64,000 nt of DNA, taken from assembly GCA_965248755.1 (NCBI GenBank), contig OZ252149.1, positions 832,001 through 896,000 on the forward strand, in the 5' to 3' direction. Position 1 is the first letter of the stretch. Every line of letters begins with the position of its first letter. Source of the DNA: Candidatus Latescibacterota bacterium (lineage in GTDB: Bacteria; Latescibacterota; CBDEFO01). The translations under genes were made by a program, and so were the position numbers. This document shows, piece by piece, positions 45,030 through 56,264 of this stretch. Under the pieces are notes generated by a model, which ran no database searches, was not told the DNA's origin, and saw only the letters and a list, made by a program, of their open reading frames with translations.

Positions 45030-45214
45030 GGGAACGACGGAAACCGACAAGAATGTCTGTCCCACCAATTAGAGTGGGGCGGGGCTGCCCCACCCCCACT
45101 TAAATCGCTTAAGAATAGAGGTAGTTAGGACTGGCTTTGAGATTACGAGTTAAAACATCTTCAAAAGGTTTTCAAGTGGTCGATGAAGCAGCAAGCCACA
45201 AAGCTTCAGGCAGT

Positions 45215-46561
45215 TCATATCCCGACTTTAAGCTCCATCGAGAAATTGATCCCGTTCGCCTGATTGGGAGTCGCGCCGCCTCGCTGGACGATTGCAAGGT
45301 CGAAAGTGATCAACTTCCTTCCGAATCCCAATCCGAGTCCGAGGTCGAAGTTGCTCTTTCCCCCGAGGGATATTCCTCCCCTTAAAGGCAGCCACGTGAG
45401 GGGCCTGAACTCCGCTCCCCCGGAGAGCTTCGGAGTTGTAGTGGATCCCGGCTCGTCGGAGAATCCCTGCTCGTAGTCCACAGCCCAGAGCACCTTGGAA
45501 TACTGATACGCCGCGCCTAATCTCAATATAGTCGGAAAGTTACTATCAAAGGAATCTATCACAATCGTAGTGTCACTCTTGTCGAATAGATCCTCAAACT
45601 TGTCCACATCGCTGATCTTTGTGACGGTCAGAGAATCTACAAAGATCTTTCCTTTTACCTCCTCTGTGTCCTTGTTCCAGGAGATAGTCCCGAACAGATT
45701 TATTAAAGAACCGCCGAACGTCCATCTATCTCTCGTCGCCGCGACTCCTAAATCCAGGGCAAAGCCCGTTCCGCCCTGTGCGATCTGAGCTATTACCTCA
45801 GCAGAATCCGTTCCGCCCTCTGCTCCGGCAATCTTGATCCCCTCCTCCAAGGTGGATAGAGTGCCTTCGGATTTGAGCACCTTACCGTAGCCAAAGCCCT
45901 TGAGTATCTTTACAGTTCCTCCAACTGTGAACTCGTCGAAGATGGGCGCCAAAGAGGCTATCTGGAGCGGTCTGGCTCCTGACAGGGCTATGCTGGCGAG
46001 GGCCCATCCCTCGCCTTCGACATCGCCTAAGCTGGTCGTGTCGTTGAAGGTATTTCCGAACAGAAATATCTCAAATGGTTCCTTGGGAATAGCGGCATCT
46101 CCAGCTCCTACTCCCGAGAATCTAATAGCGTAGGAATCGTAGGAAAGAGACAGTATACTGGCTTCTACATCCAAATCTATGCCAAGACCCTCGTCGGGAA
46201 TCTTATCCAAAATTGTCCTTTTATCCGATTCGGTCCACTGGGGGGTATCTAATTTGTCCCTGACCTTCTTGTCACCGTTGTACTTACGGTAATCATCCGG
46301 CGAAAACGAGTCGTTGTGGATTCCAAAGCCAAAGGAGAAGATGGAAATAGAGAACTTGGTATCGCTTTTCAGCGCTAAATTAGCGGGATTCCATCCGATG
46401 GCGTGGATGTTCCTCCCCACTGCGGTGTAGGCCCCGCCCATAGCCTGACTCCTGGGGTTAAACCCCTCAAGAGAGAACGCGTCATCGGAGGAGAGGATTC
46501 CGATTGTCAAAAGGAGGCTAAAGACTACACGCTTTAGTACACGTAATCGTAATTTTTCCAT
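45215..46561 (-). CDS. Outer-membrane beta-barrel protein (FadL/DUF5723-like)
   Basis: Signal peptide, 'AMGGAYTA..WNPANL' plug motif, amphipathic strands, 'WLPLRGG'. Confidence 0.7.
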   Translation of the reverse strand: MEKLRLRVLKRVVFSLLLTIGILSSDDAFSLEGFNPRSQAMGGAYTAVGRNIHAIGWNPANLALKSDTKFSISIFSFGFGIHNDSFSPDDYRKYNGDKKVRDKLDTPQWTESDKRTILDKIPDEGLGIDLDVEASILSLSYDSYAIRFSGVGAGDAAIPKEPFEIFLFGNTFNDTTSLGDVEGEGWALASIALSGARPLQIASLAPIFDEFTVGGTVKILKGFGYGKVLKSEGTLSTLEEGIKIAGAEGGTDSAEVIAQIAQGGTGFALDLGVAATRDRWTFGGSLINLFGTISWNKDTEEVKGKIFVDSLTVTKISDVDKFEDLFDKSDTTIVIDSFDSNFPTILRLGAAYQYSKVLWAVDYEQGFSDEPGSTTTPKLSGGAEFRPLTWLPLRGGISLGGKSNFDLGLGLGFGRKLITFDLAIVQRGGATPNQANGINFSMELKVGI

Positions 46562-46577
46562 ATCGATCTCCTATTTC

Positions 46578-46643
46578 GTAGGGGCGAGGTTAACTCGCCC
46601 AAGGGCTGCCTCCGATAGATTCAATCGGGGGCCAGCCCCTACA
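46578..46643. repeat. REP-like element (GTAGGGGC...GCCCCTAC) carrying a short palindromic element (46609..46631)
   Basis: GTAGGGGCGAGGTTAACTCGCCC..GGGCTG[CCTCCGATAGATTCAATCGGGGG]CCAGCCCCTAC. Confidence 0.8.
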
Positions 46644-46647
46644 TTTA

Positions 46648-48745
46648 TTATTTCGTCTCTAATAGATCCTCATCTATCAGAATTTCTATTTCGGCACGCG
46701 CCCTTACCTGCACCTGATCGGTGTTAAGGACAGCTATGTTTCCATCTGTCTTTGGAATGGTGATCAGGACAGCCGAAAAGAGCGGAAGCTTCGTAAATAT
46801 GTCTATATCGTTCTTGTTAAGCGTAAATTCTATGTGACTCGACACAGGGATATGCCGCCCTGTCTCCGGATCCACCTCTTGTGCCGCTGCCACTACTATC
46901 GGCCCTTCCTTCAGGGATGACCAATTCCGGATCTGAAAAGATCTTTGTCGTGTCGTGAGCTATATTTATCTGCACACCTATGCCCAGCGGAAGAGAGTTG
47001 TCCACATCCGCAACTATAGAGCCACTTAACACATTTTCCCTGATCTTATTGCGGGATTCTTCGTCTTTAATGCTGACGTCCTCAGGGTCGACTTCTATAC
47101 GCGTAGTATCCGTGATTGTCAAACTTAAAGGAGTGCTGAATTTGAATCTGCCGGAAACTACGTCGTCCTTATTTATGGTCACTTCTGTGAAGCCATCTCC
47201 TAACAGAGCCATTCCTGATGCCTCAACATCTGTAGGGAGAAGATTTAAGAAGGCTGCCACGTCCGGTCCTGCCACAGTCAAGGTAGTATCCCCTGGACCT
47301 ATTGTTTCATCTATTATCAGGAAACCTTCGTTTCCTCCTTTGTTGGTCCCCTTGACTGTCAGATCCAAACTCAGCGGAAGCCCGAACGGTCCGTTGTTTT
47401 TAAAAAAACTCAATACGAATGAAGCCGTCTCGAACTGCACATTGTCCAGCCCATCGGGGATATCTATGTCCCCCTTTTTAGTCTCGGGAATCTCCACTTC
47501 TAGTCCGGCGGGTTTCCCGCTTACCTCGTCAAAGATAATCTTGCTCGGCTCTGATGTCACCGTTACAAAGTCCCCTCTGCTTAAAGTCCTGAACTCCTCT
47601 CCTGTATCCTCAGTTAACACATCCCACTGGACCCTTATAGCATCGGATTGGAGAGGGGCAAAAACGGTATTGTCCAGTACTATATTCTGAGTCCGTGTAA
47701 CGTTCCTTTCAAAGGACAGATCAACCGACAGTACCGCACCGTCTTTTTCAAAGTCGGGAAATTGTACTATGAACCTCTCCACGCCTATGGGCAATCGGTT
47801 GACGATCTCTAAGGATATACTTCCCGAACCGATCACGGCTCTGGTCACGAATATGTCGGGCACACTTATAGTCGTGCTCCCATCAAACTCCTGTTGGGGT
47901 ATCTTGGCACTTGCACTGTCAACCTGAAGCGCCGTGATGAAAGTCTCCACCACGAAGGAACTCTCCAGTAGATCTGGCTCTCCAAGATCGACGGTAGCTT
48001 CGGGTATCTCTGCATCTATGAAGATCGAAAGATCATTGGTAAAAGTCTTTCCTGCAAGGTCCAGCCGACTGGTATCCGATCCCCCTGGCGGTATCACCTC
48101 GTTAAACCCGACTGTGCCTATAGTATCTGTCGATATATCGTCTATAAGATCGATAGTAATCCTGCCCAGAGGGATGATCAAATTGTTCCTGACCGTTATA
48201 TCGATTTTGTTTATATCTTCCTCTTCGCTGCTACTGAGGGCCACAAATTCGTACTCGTCGAATTCTCCAAGATCTCTGTCGATCTGGAACGTAAGGCGGG
48301 GCACCGGAACGCTACCTGTTAAAAGTGGGTTTTCTAATATTTCCACCACTTCGGAAGGAGCTATCTCTCTCAACGTGATGGCGGGCGTGCTCCGTGCGCC
48401 AGGGGAATCGACCTTAAAGTCGCCAAGGTCAGTGCGTTCGTCCACACGCGGCGGTTCTATGGAGAGATCGTCTCCCACTTCATACGGGTCAATGTCCCGC
48501 TCTATTGCAAAGGTAACAATGTCGCCCGAAAGGGTCAGAAAGTCAGGGTTGTCCTCAACGATCTCCTCCATCGTTTGGATTTTATCTGTGATCGGGACCG
48601 TGATGGTCACATTGAACGAAGGTGCTTGGGGCTTCTCGGTCAGAGCGCATCCGATCCCAAGAAGCACAAACATAATAAGGACAGCAGAAAGGCAAGTCGA
48701 ACGTCGACTCCGTGTTGACATCCTTGCGTAATCTTTCTCCCTCAC
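46648..48745 (-). pseudogene. Large acidic beta-rich lipoprotein, frameshift near 46905
   Basis: Lipobox LGIGC; main frame degenerates after ELVIP while 46648..46893 continues with matching composition. Confidence 0.65.
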
Positions 48746-48763
48746 TGTAAGTTCCTCCTTTTA

Positions 48764-48823
48764 AGTGGGGGCAAACCCATGTGTTCGCCCAACTTATCAG
48801 GGCACAAACGGGTCTGCCTCTGC
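48764..48823. repeat. REP-like element
   Basis: GTGGGGGCAAACCCATGTGTTCGCCC..GGGCACAAACGGGTCTGCCTCTGC; resembles 18962-18988. Confidence 0.55.
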
Positions 48824-48841
48824 TGTTTGCAGTCTACCTCT

Positions 48842-50092
48842 TTAAGTTCCTTCCGTCCACGAGTTTAGATACTTTTCCTGTTCAGGTGTCAGACTATCTA
48901 TCTCTATCCCCATAGCCTCCAGTTGCAGTCTTGCCACTTGGTCGTCTATCTCATCGGGTAGGCGATAGACTTTCGGCTCGAGCTTGCCCTTATTCTCAAC
49001 GCCATACTCTATACCCAATGCTTGATCGCAGAAGGAAAGTGCCATCACTGCAGAAGGGTGTCCCTCAGCGCACGAAAGGTTTACGAGTCTGCCTTCTCCA
49101 CACAGATAGATCGACTTGCCATCTACGCTGTACTCCTCAAAGAGCGGTCTGACCTCCTTTACATTAGTGGCCATCTCTTTTAGGCCCTCTACGTCTATCT
49201 CATTGTCAAAGTGTCCTGAATTGGCCAAAATTACGCCGTCCTTCATGTCCTTTATGTGATCTTTGGCGATGACCTTCGAATTCCCCGTCACCGTCACAAA
49301 GATATCCCCTACATTGGCCGCCTCGGCGATGGGCATCACGCGGAAGCCGTCCATCCTGGCCTGAAGCGCTCTGAAGGGGTCAACCTCGCATACGATAACA
49401 TCGGCTCCTAGACCCTTGCCTCTTAAGGCCAATCCCTTGCCGCAGTTTCCGTATCCTGCTATCACCATAGTCGTCCCGCTGATCAGGATGTTGCATGCCC
49501 TTATTATCCCGTCCAGCGTGGATTGACCAGTTCCGTAGTAGTTGTCCATCAGGTGTTTGGTATTGCAGTCGTTTACGGCTATTATCGGATACTTCAAAGC
49601 GCCGTCCCGCTCCATCGCCCTCAGGCGTACGATCCCCGTAGTCGTCTCCTCACAACCGCATACGATTTCGGGCAGGGCTTCTTGACGCTTGGTATGTATC
49701 TCGGTGACAAGGTCGCAGCCGTCGTCTATTGTCACGTTCGGCTTAAAGTCGATAATTTCGTTTATGAAGGTGTAGTACTCCTCTGAGGTTTCGCCCTTAT
49801 GCGCAAAGACGATTACACCCTCCTTAGCCAGGGCAGCTGCCACATCGTCCTGGGTAGACAGCGGATTGCAGCTTGTTATCGCCACATCTGCTCCGCCTGC
49901 TATAAGTGTCCTGACGAGGACTGCCGTCTCCTTGGTGACATGGAGCGCCATTCCAATTCTGTATCCCAAAAGCGGCTTTTCCCTTTCAAATCTCTCCCTT
50001 ATCCTTAAAAGTGCGCCCATTTGCTTTTCAGCCCACTCCACGTTTTTCATTCCCTGTTCGGCTAAGCTTATGTCCTTAACTCTATAAGTCAT
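48842..50092 (-). CDS. ahcY: Adenosylhomocysteinase
   Basis: 'SCNPLSTQD', 'IDDGCD', 'EETTTG', 'NSGHFDNEID', 'GEGRLVNL'. Confidence 0.97.
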   Translation of the reverse strand: MTYRVKDISLAEQGMKNVEWAEKQMGALLRIRERFEREKPLLGYRIGMALHVTKETAVLVRTLIAGGADVAITSCNPLSTQDDVAAALAKEGVIVFAHKGETSEEYYTFINEIIDFKPNVTIDDGCDLVTEIHTKRQEALPEIVCGCEETTTGIVRLRAMERDGALKYPIIAVNDCNTKHLMDNYYGTGQSTLDGIIRACNILISGTTMVIAGYGNCGKGLALRGKGLGADVIVCEVDPFRALQARMDGFRVMPIAEAANVGDIFVTVTGNSKVIAKDHIKDMKDGVILANSGHFDNEIDVEGLKEMATNVKEVRPLFEEYSVDGKSIYLCGEGRLVNLSCAEGHPSAVMALSFCDQALGIEYGVENKGKLEPKVYRLPDEIDDQVARLQLEAMGIEIDSLTPEQEKYLNSWTEGT

Positions 50093-50120
50093 TGCTTCTC
50101 CTCACACAAAAGTACTGATC

Positions 50121-50155
50121 CGTCAGACAGGACAAGCTCCCTTCCCTGTCTGACG
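50121..50155. other. Strong hairpin between metK and ahcY
   Basis: CGTCAGACAGG...CCTGTCTGACG, 11-bp perfect stem. Confidence 0.6.
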
Positions 50156-50160
50156 TCTGC

Positions 50161-51342
50161 TTATCCACTGTACGCTGGAAGCTGTGCGCTTTCTCTGAGA
50201 GCTTCTGTCTTATCTGTCTTCTCCCAGGTGAAATCGGGCAGATTCCTTCCGAAGTGCCCGTAGGCGGACGTCTGCCTGTATATAGGCCTTATTAGATCTA
50301 AAGACTCGATTATCCCTTTAGGGGTAAGGGAAAAGTGTTCCCTTACCAGTTGGGATATCTTGGAGTCCTGGATGGCTCCTGTCCCGAACGAATCCACATT
50401 TATACTCACAGGCTCAGCTACACCTATCGCGTAGGCCAACTGAACCTCGGCTCTGGTTGCCAGCCCTGCTGCTACTATATTCTTGGCGACATATCTGGCA
50501 GCGTAGCTTGCACATCTGTCCACTTTAGTGGGGTCTTTGCCGGAGAAGGCTCCGCCGCCGTGCCTGCTCATACCTCCGTAGGTATCAACGATGATCTTCC
50601 TTCCCGTAAGCCCTGTATCCCCATGCGGTCCTCCCGTGACGAATCTGCCGGTCGGATTGATATGGTAAATCGAATCTCCATCCAGATATTCCTCAGCTAT
50701 GATCTCCTTGATCACATGTTCGATCATGTCGGACCTGATCTGGTCGTGTCCCAAATCTGGGTCGTGCTGGGTAGATATAACTACAGTATGGACTCTGACA
50801 GGCCTATCGCCTTCGTACTCAACTGTCACCTGCGATTTGCTATCAGGCCTCAAATAGGGCAGTATTTTATCTTTTCTCAAGTAGGCAAGGTGCATAAGCA
50901 GCTTATGAGCCAGCATGATCGGAAGGGGCATGAGCTCTTCTGTCTCGTTGCAGGCGTAGCCGTACATCATCCCTTGATCTCCCGCGCCCTGATCCTTGTG
51001 AAGTCCCTCTCCTTCGGACACGCCCTGAGATATGTCCGCTGATTGCCTACCTATGCTCTGAACGATAGCACAACTTTCATAATCAAGACCGTAGTTGGAA
51101 TCGGTGTATCCTATATCCTTTATCGTATCCCTCACGATAAGTGGTATATCTACCCACGTATCCGTGGTTACTTCTCCGGTCACAAATACTATCCCCGTCG
51201 TCACTAAAGTCTCACACGCCACCCGGGCTTTTAGATCCTTCTCAATAATAGCGTCTAAGACAGTGTCGGATATCTGGTCGGCTATCTTATCGGGATGTCC
51301 CTCCGAGACTGACTCAGACGTGAATAGACGGCGATTTAGCAT
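50161..51342 (-). CDS. metK: S-adenosylmethionine synthetase
   Basis: [34 protein letters not shown]. Confidence 0.98.
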   Translation of the reverse strand: MLNRRLFTSESVSEGHPDKIADQISDTVLDAIIEKDLKARVACETLVTTGIVFVTGEVTTDTWVDIPLIVRDTIKDIGYTDSNYGLDYESCAIVQSIGRQSADISQGVSEGEGLHKDQGAGDQGMMYGYACNETEELMPLPIMLAHKLLMHLAYLRKDKILPYLRPDSKSQVTVEYEGDRPVRVHTVVISTQHDPDLGHDQIRSDMIEHVIKEIIAEEYLDGDSIYHINPTGRFVTGGPHGDTGLTGRKIIVDTYGGMSRHGGGAFSGKDPTKVDRCASYAARYVAKNIVAAGLATRAEVQLAYAIGVAEPVSINVDSFGTGAIQDSKISQLVREHFSLTPKGIIESLDLIRPIYRQTSAYGHFGRNLPDFTWEKTDKTEALRESAQLPAYSG

Positions 51343-51458
51343 TAAGCGTTCCTTTTCTCCCCAAAAAGTTCTTCGATACTCTTTGTTTGAAAGTTTCTAT
51401 CAACAATAGGGATGTTTATCCCTCATATATCCATCAAGAGCTACCGCACACAATTGCA

Positions 51459-52463
51459 TCAATGGAAATCTATCTGGGATGCATCGCCCACATTTAGCTT
51501 TTTAGATCCTCCTCTGACCGTTGCCTCGTTCCCTATTAAAGAGCCCTCTAAAACGCAGTCCCGAACTATGGAGTTTTCGCTGATTATCGAGTTCCGTACT
51601 ATAGAAGACTCCACATAAGCCCCGTCGGCTATGGAGACGTAAGGACCTATAATTGAATTTTCTATTTTTGTACTCTCTGATGTAAAGACAGGATGCACTA
51701 TGATCGATCCCGGGATCTGTCTTGACTTTGAATTCAAGGATAATAGATGTCTATTGGTCTCTAAAAGCGTCTCCGGCTTTCCGCAGTCGAACCAGTCCTC
51801 GATGGGAAAGATCGAAAGGATGGCGCCTCTTTCTACCATAAGCCCAAAGGCGTCTGTCAGCTGGTATTCTCCTTTTGTCGTTACGTTCTCCTTTAAGAGT
51901 TCCTCCAGGCACTCAAAAAGGAGCCCTGAACTCTTAATATAGTTCACACCTACAATGGCAAGGTCTGATACGAACTTATCGGGCTTTTCCACAAGCCGCC
52001 TGATCTTGTTGTCCCCATCCAATTGGACTACTCCGAACCTGTGGGGATTCTCGACGCGCTTTACCCCGATCATGCCGTCGAATCTGTTGTCTATGCCGAC
52101 TGTTATGTCGCCCTCAGTTATGGTATCCCCATAGACTATAAGACATGGATCTTCGCCAACTATCTTTTCTGTCAGTCCCACAGCGTGTCCCAGTCCTTTC
52201 ATCTCCTCCTGCTCCACATACTTCGTCTTTTCAAAGCTGTAATTAGTTTCCAAATAGTCTGCTATCTTACCTCCCATATAGCCTATTATGAGTACGACCT
52301 TCCTTATTCCTGCCTTTGACAGTTTGTCCAGAATATGGCCAATTATCGGTTTTCCGGCTACTTGTACTAACGCCTTTGGAGCTGTATGAGTAAGGGGGCG
52401 AAGACGCGTCCCCACTCCTGCGGCAGGGATAACCGCCCATATATTTGATGCATTGGGAATCAT
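51459..52463 (-). CDS. Sugar-phosphate nucleotidyltransferase with C-terminal hexapeptide repeats
   Basis: 'AAGVGTRLRPLT..PK', 'VEKP', 'WFDCGKPE'. Confidence 0.88.
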   Translation of the reverse strand: MIPNASNIWAVIPAAGVGTRLRPLTHTAPKALVQVAGKPIIGHILDKLSKAGIRKVVLIIGYMGGKIADYLETNYSFEKTKYVEQEEMKGLGHAVGLTEKIVGEDPCLIVYGDTITEGDITVGIDNRFDGMIGVKRVENPHRFGVVQLDGDNKIRRLVEKPDKFVSDLAIVGVNYIKSSGLLFECLEELLKENVTTKGEYQLTDAFGLMVERGAILSIFPIEDWFDCGKPETLLETNRHLLSLNSKSRQIPGSIIVHPVFTSESTKIENSIIGPYVSIADGAYVESSIVRNSIISENSIVRDCVLEGSLIGNEATVRGGSKKLNVGDASQIDFH

Positions 52464-52550
52464 ATTTATATTTTGTTCCTTGACAAACGCACTGACTAAA
52501 TACGGGTTTAAGCGGATCTTGGATGTGATATACGTCACACTATAAAAGCT

Positions 52551-52817
52551 TTACTCCTCTCCAAATCCGCTTTCCACAATAGCCACAAGTTCCTTTACCG
52601 CCTCCTCCTCGTCAGGGCCTCTGGCCATTATGGTCAGCTCAGAGCCCATCTCAGCCGCCAGCATCATAACCCCCATAATGCTCTTGCCATTGACCTCTAC
52701 GTATTCCTTAGAGACCATAATTTCAGAATCGAACTTCGAAGCCGCCTGAACCAATAGTGCGGCAGGACGGGCGTGTATGCCTAATTTATTGTTTACTATA
52801 GCAGTTCCCTGCTGCAT
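52551..52817 (-). CDS. ptsH: Phosphocarrier protein HPr
   Basis: 'GIHARPA' (His15) and 'NGKSIMG' (Ser46). Confidence 0.96.
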   Translation of the reverse strand: MQQGTAIVNNKLGIHARPAALLVQAASKFDSEIMVSKEYVEVNGKSIMGVMMLAAEMGSELTIMARGPDEEEAVKELVAIVESGFGEE

Positions 52818-52852
52818 AAACTCCTCTATAATTGTCCCTTTATACTCTCATC

Positions 52853-52881
52853 AATTTAAGCTAAACCGTTCTGTTTGTCAA
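52853..52881 (-). promoter_or_regulatory. Sigma70-like promoter for the ptsH-metK-ahcY operon
   Basis: TTGACA-17 bp-TAAATT. Confidence 0.6.
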
Positions 52882-53067
52882 GTAAATTCCTCTTTATCTA
52901 CAACTTACTATCCTGGGGCACGTCCGCTCAAATTGCCGATCGTCAGTGTAAGTTATCTAAAAAGTGGTTGATTTTAGGAAATTAATTGACTATTATTTGG
53001 TCTGACCCGTCAGAACCCATATTGAGCATAAAGTAGAAATAACCGGATCGTATCTGAAGGAGTACAG

Positions 53068-54192
53068 ATGGCTGAACTTTGCTGTGCAGAATGTGGACAG
53101 ATGTATCCCGGAAATTCTCCAGCTTGGAGATGTGAGTGCGGCGGCATATTGGACTTGGAGTACAAGGCGCGTTTCCCACTGAACCAGATAGAAAAAAGGG
53201 AGCCGACGCTTTGGAGGTACCGGGAGGCTATCCCAATATTGGATGACGATAATATAGTCTCTCTGGGTGAGGGCTACACTCCGTTGGTGGAGACGGACCT
53301 GAACGGAAGCAGATTTCTATTGAAGCTTGAGTATCTGATGCCATCGGGGTCTTTTAAAGATCGAGGGGCGTCGGTCCTCATAAGTAAGGCTAAAGAGCTT
53401 AAGGTGGACAGCTTAGTGGAGGATTCCTCGGGAAATGCAGGAAGCGCGATCGCTGCTTATTGTGCTCTTTGTGGAATAGAGTGCGAGATTTTTGTGCCTT
53501 TCGGAACTCCCGCAGGGAAATTGGCTCAGATTGAGGGATACGGCGCAAAGCTAAGGAGAATAGAGGGCTCAAGGGAGAATGTAGCTGAAGCTGCCTTAGA
53601 GCGGGCTTTCAACATCTATTACGCAAGCCACAGCTGGAATCCGTTCTTCTTACAGGGGACAAAGACGTTTGCATTTGAGGTATGCGAGCAGTTGGGCTGG
53701 AGAGCACCAGATGTGGTGGTGGTCCCTGTGGGCAATGGAACGCTACTCTTAGGGGCTTATATGGGTTTTAAGGAATTGTCCCTTGAGGGGATTATAGAGA
53801 GCGTTCCAAGAATCGTAGCGGTACAGTCTGCAGGGTGTGATCCGATTTGCAAGGCGTTCGAAGAAGGTTCAGATGCTCCGGCTGAGATCAAAAAGCGGGA
53901 TTCAATTGCCGATGGGATCGCAGTGGCGAAACCCGTAAGGGGAAGGCAGATATTAGCTGCTCTTAGGGAGGGCGGTGGCATGACTCTATCAGTGTCGGAC
54001 AAAGAGGTTGCCGATGCTCTCTGGATGCTGTGCGGAAAGGGACTCTACGTAGAGCCTACAGGGGCTGTGGCCCTTGCGGGGGCACTGAAGTACGTAGAAA
54101 ATAATGAAGATGGGAAGACAATTGTCCTCCCGCTTACAGGATCAGGGTTAAAGGAGAAAGAAAAGATGACCAACTTGTTGACTCGACATTAA
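53068..54192 (+). CDS. thrC: Threonine synthase-like PLP enzyme
   Basis: N-terminal Zn-ribbon, 'PSGSFKDRG', 'SSGNAG', 'PVGNG', 'VEPT', 'LTGSGLK'. Confidence 0.8.
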   Translation: MAELCCAECGQMYPGNSPAWRCECGGILDLEYKARFPLNQIEKREPTLWRYREAIPILDDDNIVSLGEGYTPLVETDLNGSRFLLKLEYLMPSGSFKDRGASVLISKAKELKVDSLVEDSSGNAGSAIAAYCALCGIECEIFVPFGTPAGKLAQIEGYGAKLRRIEGSRENVAEAALERAFNIYYASHSWNPFFLQGTKTFAFEVCEQLGWRAPDVVVVPVGNGTLLLGAYMGFKELSLEGIIESVPRIVAVQSAGCDPICKAFEEGSDAPAEIKKRDSIADGIAVAKPVRGRQILAALREGGGMTLSVSDKEVADALWMLCGKGLYVEPTGAVALAGALKYVENNEDGKTIVLPLTGSGLKEKEKMTNLLTRH

Positions 54193-54203
54193 AGGACATT
54201 CTT

Positions 54204-54656
54204 TTGGACAGCTTGTTGGACTACATCCGCAGCTTATTTCCCCTGTTATCGGGGGCCGGGATAGTATGTCTTCTGGTGTGGTTAGGTGTGAAATTGGCGG
54301 GAGTGGAGGGCGTTACAGCGGGCGGAATAGTAGTTGTGGGGGCTATCTACACTGTAGCAAGTCTGATGTTGAGTATGATTTTCAACTATACTGTATTACC
54401 CGGAGCAGTTATCATCTATACTCTGGGTATCTGTGTTCTCTTTTTACTGATCAGATTTCTATTTGAGACCTCGAACAGGGAGGCCCTTTTGAGTTTGGTT
54501 CCGCTTCTGGGGACGTCGGGATTATTTTTAGTATATGAGTTCTTAAACAGGCTTTCAAAGAAAGTTCCCTGGATCGGGATCATCGTGTCCGCAGCGGTCT
54601 TAGGGCTCTTGATCTCCAGGTACATTTCAAGAGGCCAAAAAGGGAAGAGTGATTAG
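54204..54656 (+). CDS. Hypothetical membrane protein
   Basis: About 5 hydrophobic segments; in an operon with neighbours. Confidence 0.6.
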   Translation: MDSLLDYIRSLFPLLSGAGIVCLLVWLGVKLAGVEGVTAGGIVVVGAIYTVASLMLSMIFNYTVLPGAVIIYTLGICVLFLLIRFLFETSNREALLSLVPLLGTSGLFLVYEFLNRLSKKVPWIGIIVSAAVLGLLISRYISRGQKGKSD

Positions 54657-55446
54657 TATGTTCGGTTTGCTGGGCTTTGTAGGTTATAAAACGAGGCGTC
54701 TTTTCGAGGTCGTAGCGGATATTTCCGCCTTCTCTCTGAGGACCTTAAGGGGGACCTTGGATTTCCACAAGCAGGGGTTTTGGACTTCTTTCGAGGTAGT
54801 GGTAAAGCAGGTATATTTTACAGGCCTGGAGGCTATACCGTTCCTGACTCTAGTCTCGCTGATTTTAGGGTCTGTGGTTATCATTCAGTCTCTACCACAG
54901 TTGATCGGCGTAGGAGCGCAGAGATTTATAGGGACAATATTAGTTATAGCGATCATAAGGGAGTTAGGCCCGCTCATAACAGCCGTCATCGTGATAAGCA
55001 GATCGGGAACTGCCATGGCTGCAGAATTGGCGACCAATAAAGTGGACGGGGAGATCGAGGCTTTAGAGGCCATGGGAGTGGATATGTTTAGATTCAGCGT
55101 GCTTCCCAGGATCATAGGTTGTATTATCTCTACGTTTTGTCTTATAATCTACTTTGATGTGATAGCCCTGGTGGGTGGGTTCCTGGTGGCGAGTTTTAAA
55201 CTGACTATGCCCTTGACGATTTATTTAGGTCACATATTCGATGCGTTGACGCTTACTGATGTGTATATAAGCTTTTCAAAAGGCGCCCTGTTCGGGATGA
55301 TCGTCGCTCTTTTCTCCTGCTACAACGGACTATTAGCTCATAGGGCAAGTTGGGAGGTCCCGGCAGTCGCAAGGGACGGTGTGATGCAGGCGATGTTCTT
55401 TGTGTTCGTATCGAGTGCGATTATCTCTGTCGCATTTTATCTGTAG
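54649..55446 (+). CDS. mlaE: MlaE-family ABC permease
   Basis: 'IRELGPLITA..SRSGTAMAAEL', 'EIEALEAMG..LPR'. Confidence 0.88.
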   Translation: MISMFGLLGFVGYKTRRLFEVVADISAFSLRTLRGTLDFHKQGFWTSFEVVVKQVYFTGLEAIPFLTLVSLILGSVVIIQSLPQLIGVGAQRFIGTILVIAIIRELGPLITAVIVISRSGTAMAAELATNKVDGEIEALEAMGVDMFRFSVLPRIIGCIISTFCLIIYFDVIALVGGFLVASFKLTMPLTIYLGHIFDALTLTDVYISFSKGALFGMIVALFSCYNGLLAHRASWEVPAVARDGVMQAMFFVFVSSAIISVAFYL

Positions 55447-55453
55447 TTGAATT

Positions 55454-56221
55454 ATGTCAGAAGACTATGCCATACAGTTCGAGAATGTCTTTGTAGAGAT
55501 CGATGGACGGCAGTTTATTAAGGGTATAGACCTTTGCATCAAAAGGGGAGAAAATTTTGTGCTCTTCGCACCGAGCGGGAGCGGTAAGTCGTTCTTCATC
55601 AGGCTTACACTGGGACTCTACAAGGCAAATCGGGGAGTTGTGAGAGTAAACGGAATAGATATTTCACAGTACGGAAGGTCAGAACTCCTGGATCTTCGAG
55701 AAAATTTGGGCACTGTCTTCTACAGGAACTTCGGACTGATAGGCAATATGACTGTGGCTGGGAATATATCTTTGCCTTTGAGCTATCATACAAAGATGAA
55801 GACGGATGAGATCGAGGGGAGGGTGAACGAGCTGTTAACGGTGTTAAACATTGAAAAGGAGAAAGATAAAAGGCCTTATCTTTTAGATAGTTATGTAAGT
55901 AGGAAAGTGGCACTGGCCAGAGCCCTTGTCCTTAATCCCGAGATCCTTCTGTGCGACGATCCGTCTCTTGGGCTATCTCCGTTGATGGTAAGGGATATAG
56001 TAGAGTCAGTCTTTACGCTGGAAAATCCGGGCCCGAAGGGAAAGCGCACGAATTTTGTGGCTGTGTCGGGGATAGAGCATTACACAAGCTTTGCAGATAG
56101 ATTGGCACTATTTAAGGATGGAAAGATACGGTTTGTCGGGACTTATGAAGAACTCCTGTCGTGCGAGGAGGATTGTGTTAAGGAGTTTATTCAAAAAGTC
56201 AATGTTGAAAAAGGAATATAG
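55454..56221 (+). CDS. MlaF-like ABC ATPase
   Basis: Walker A APSGSGKS, Walker B LLCDDP; degenerate signature motif. Confidence 0.8.
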   Translation: MSEDYAIQFENVFVEIDGRQFIKGIDLCIKRGENFVLFAPSGSGKSFFIRLTLGLYKANRGVVRVNGIDISQYGRSELLDLRENLGTVFYRNFGLIGNMTVAGNISLPLSYHTKMKTDEIEGRVNELLTVLNIEKEKDKRPYLLDSYVSRKVALARALVLNPEILLCDDPSLGLSPLMVRDIVESVFTLENPGPKGKRTNFVAVSGIEHYTSFADRLALFKDGKIRFVGTYEELLSCEEDCVKEFIQKVNVEKGI

Positions 56222-56264
56222 GAGCTTACGGAAAAGCTCATTTCAAGAAGATAGGTAACTCAAG

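Noticed and set aside
51343..51458. SAM riboswitch upstream of metK
   Set aside because: No S-box or SAM-II consensus is visible
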